DNA from: Thermoanaerobaculia bacterium
GTDB taxonomy: Bacteria > Acidobacteriota > Thermoanaerobaculia > UBA5066
Length of the DNA: 64,000 nt
NCBI GenBank assembly: GCA_038245905.1
Contig: JBBRRY010000005.1
Span: forward strand, 32,001 to 96,000
Direction of reading: 5' to 3'
The position numbers and the translations under genes were made by a program. A model generated the notes under the pieces. That model was given only the letters and a program-made list of their open reading frames with translations. It had not been told where the DNA came from and ran no database searches. Of the stretch, positions 63,530 to 64,000 are shown piece after piece; position 1 is the stretch's first letter, and each line of letters begins with the position of its first letter.

Positions 63530-64000
63530 GCAGCTCCCGGACGGCTCACGAGGCTCGACATGATCTCGGCCTCGGCGCAGAGTGCGCCGTCCACGCGGGC
63601 CTCCGCCTTGATCTTCACGAGGCCCATTCTCACGTTCAGGATCTCCACGGTCGCGACGAGCTGGTCCCCCGGGAACACGGGCCGCCGGAAGCGCGCCTTG
63701 TCGACGCCCGAAAGGTACATGAGCTTCGAGGCGGGATCCGGCTCGCGCGCGAAGAACAGGCAGCCCGCAACCTGCGCCATGAACTCGAGGATCAGCACAC
63801 CGGGCATGACCGGGTTCCCCGGGAAGTGCCCCTGGAATTGCGGCTCGTTCACGCTGATGTTCTTGAACCCGACGGCCCTCGAGCCCGGCACGACCGGCCC
63901 CGGCGACATCTCGAGGATCCGGTCCACGAGGAGAAACGGGTAGCGATGCGGCAGGAGCCGCATGATCTCCAGAATGCTGAGGCCCGTGCTCTCTTCTGTC
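63526..64000 (-). CDS. fabZ: 3-hydroxyacyl-ACP dehydratase (start just beyond the window)
   Basis: LPHRYPFLLVD, GHFPGNPVMPGVLILE, ARFRRPV.PGD; frame open to the window edge. Confidence 0.96.
   Translation of the reverse strand, partial: TEESTGLSILEIMRLLPHRYPFLLVDRILEMSPGPVVPGSRAVGFKNISVNEPQFQGHFPGNPVMPGVLILEFMAQVAGCLFFAREPDPASKLMYLSGVDKARFRRPVFPGDQLVATVEILNVRMGLVKIKAEARVDGALCAEAEIMSSLVSRPGAA

Overview
High-GC (about 68% by eye) chromosomal segment of a diderm bacterium (lpxA and fabZ present). Gene content and style suggest Acidobacteriota, possibly Thermoanaerobaculia; this is inference. Housekeeping content: 2-oxoacid dehydrogenase E1a/E1b/E2 with lipB and lipA, a GldAFG-like ABC system, gatCA, an amidase, a tRNA nucleotidyltransferase, pilT, lexA, an argR-C-B-D-G-H-J operon with tandem ARG boxes, tRNA-Pro(CGG), ggt, a Ser/Thr kinase, EF-G2, vapBC, a PLP aminotransferase and lpxA-fabZ. 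Main observations: (1) a dispersed AT-rich DNA word, CCTTCAAAGAAATC with pyrimidine-rich flanks, sits inside unrelated genes in different frames and on both strands, mostly as inverted pairs about 70-280 bp apart; (2) two tandem Hcp (T6SS tube-fold) genes carry Sec signal peptides and share a duplicated promoter, with no T6SS genes in the window; (3) a translationally coupled operon encodes a glutaminase-less AsnB-like synthetase, a RaSEA-like radical SAM enzyme and a PrnC-like flavin halogenase, next to an EamA exporter; (4) lexA has a candidate new operator; (5) many genes look leaderless. All family calls come from motifs recognised by eye, not from database searches.
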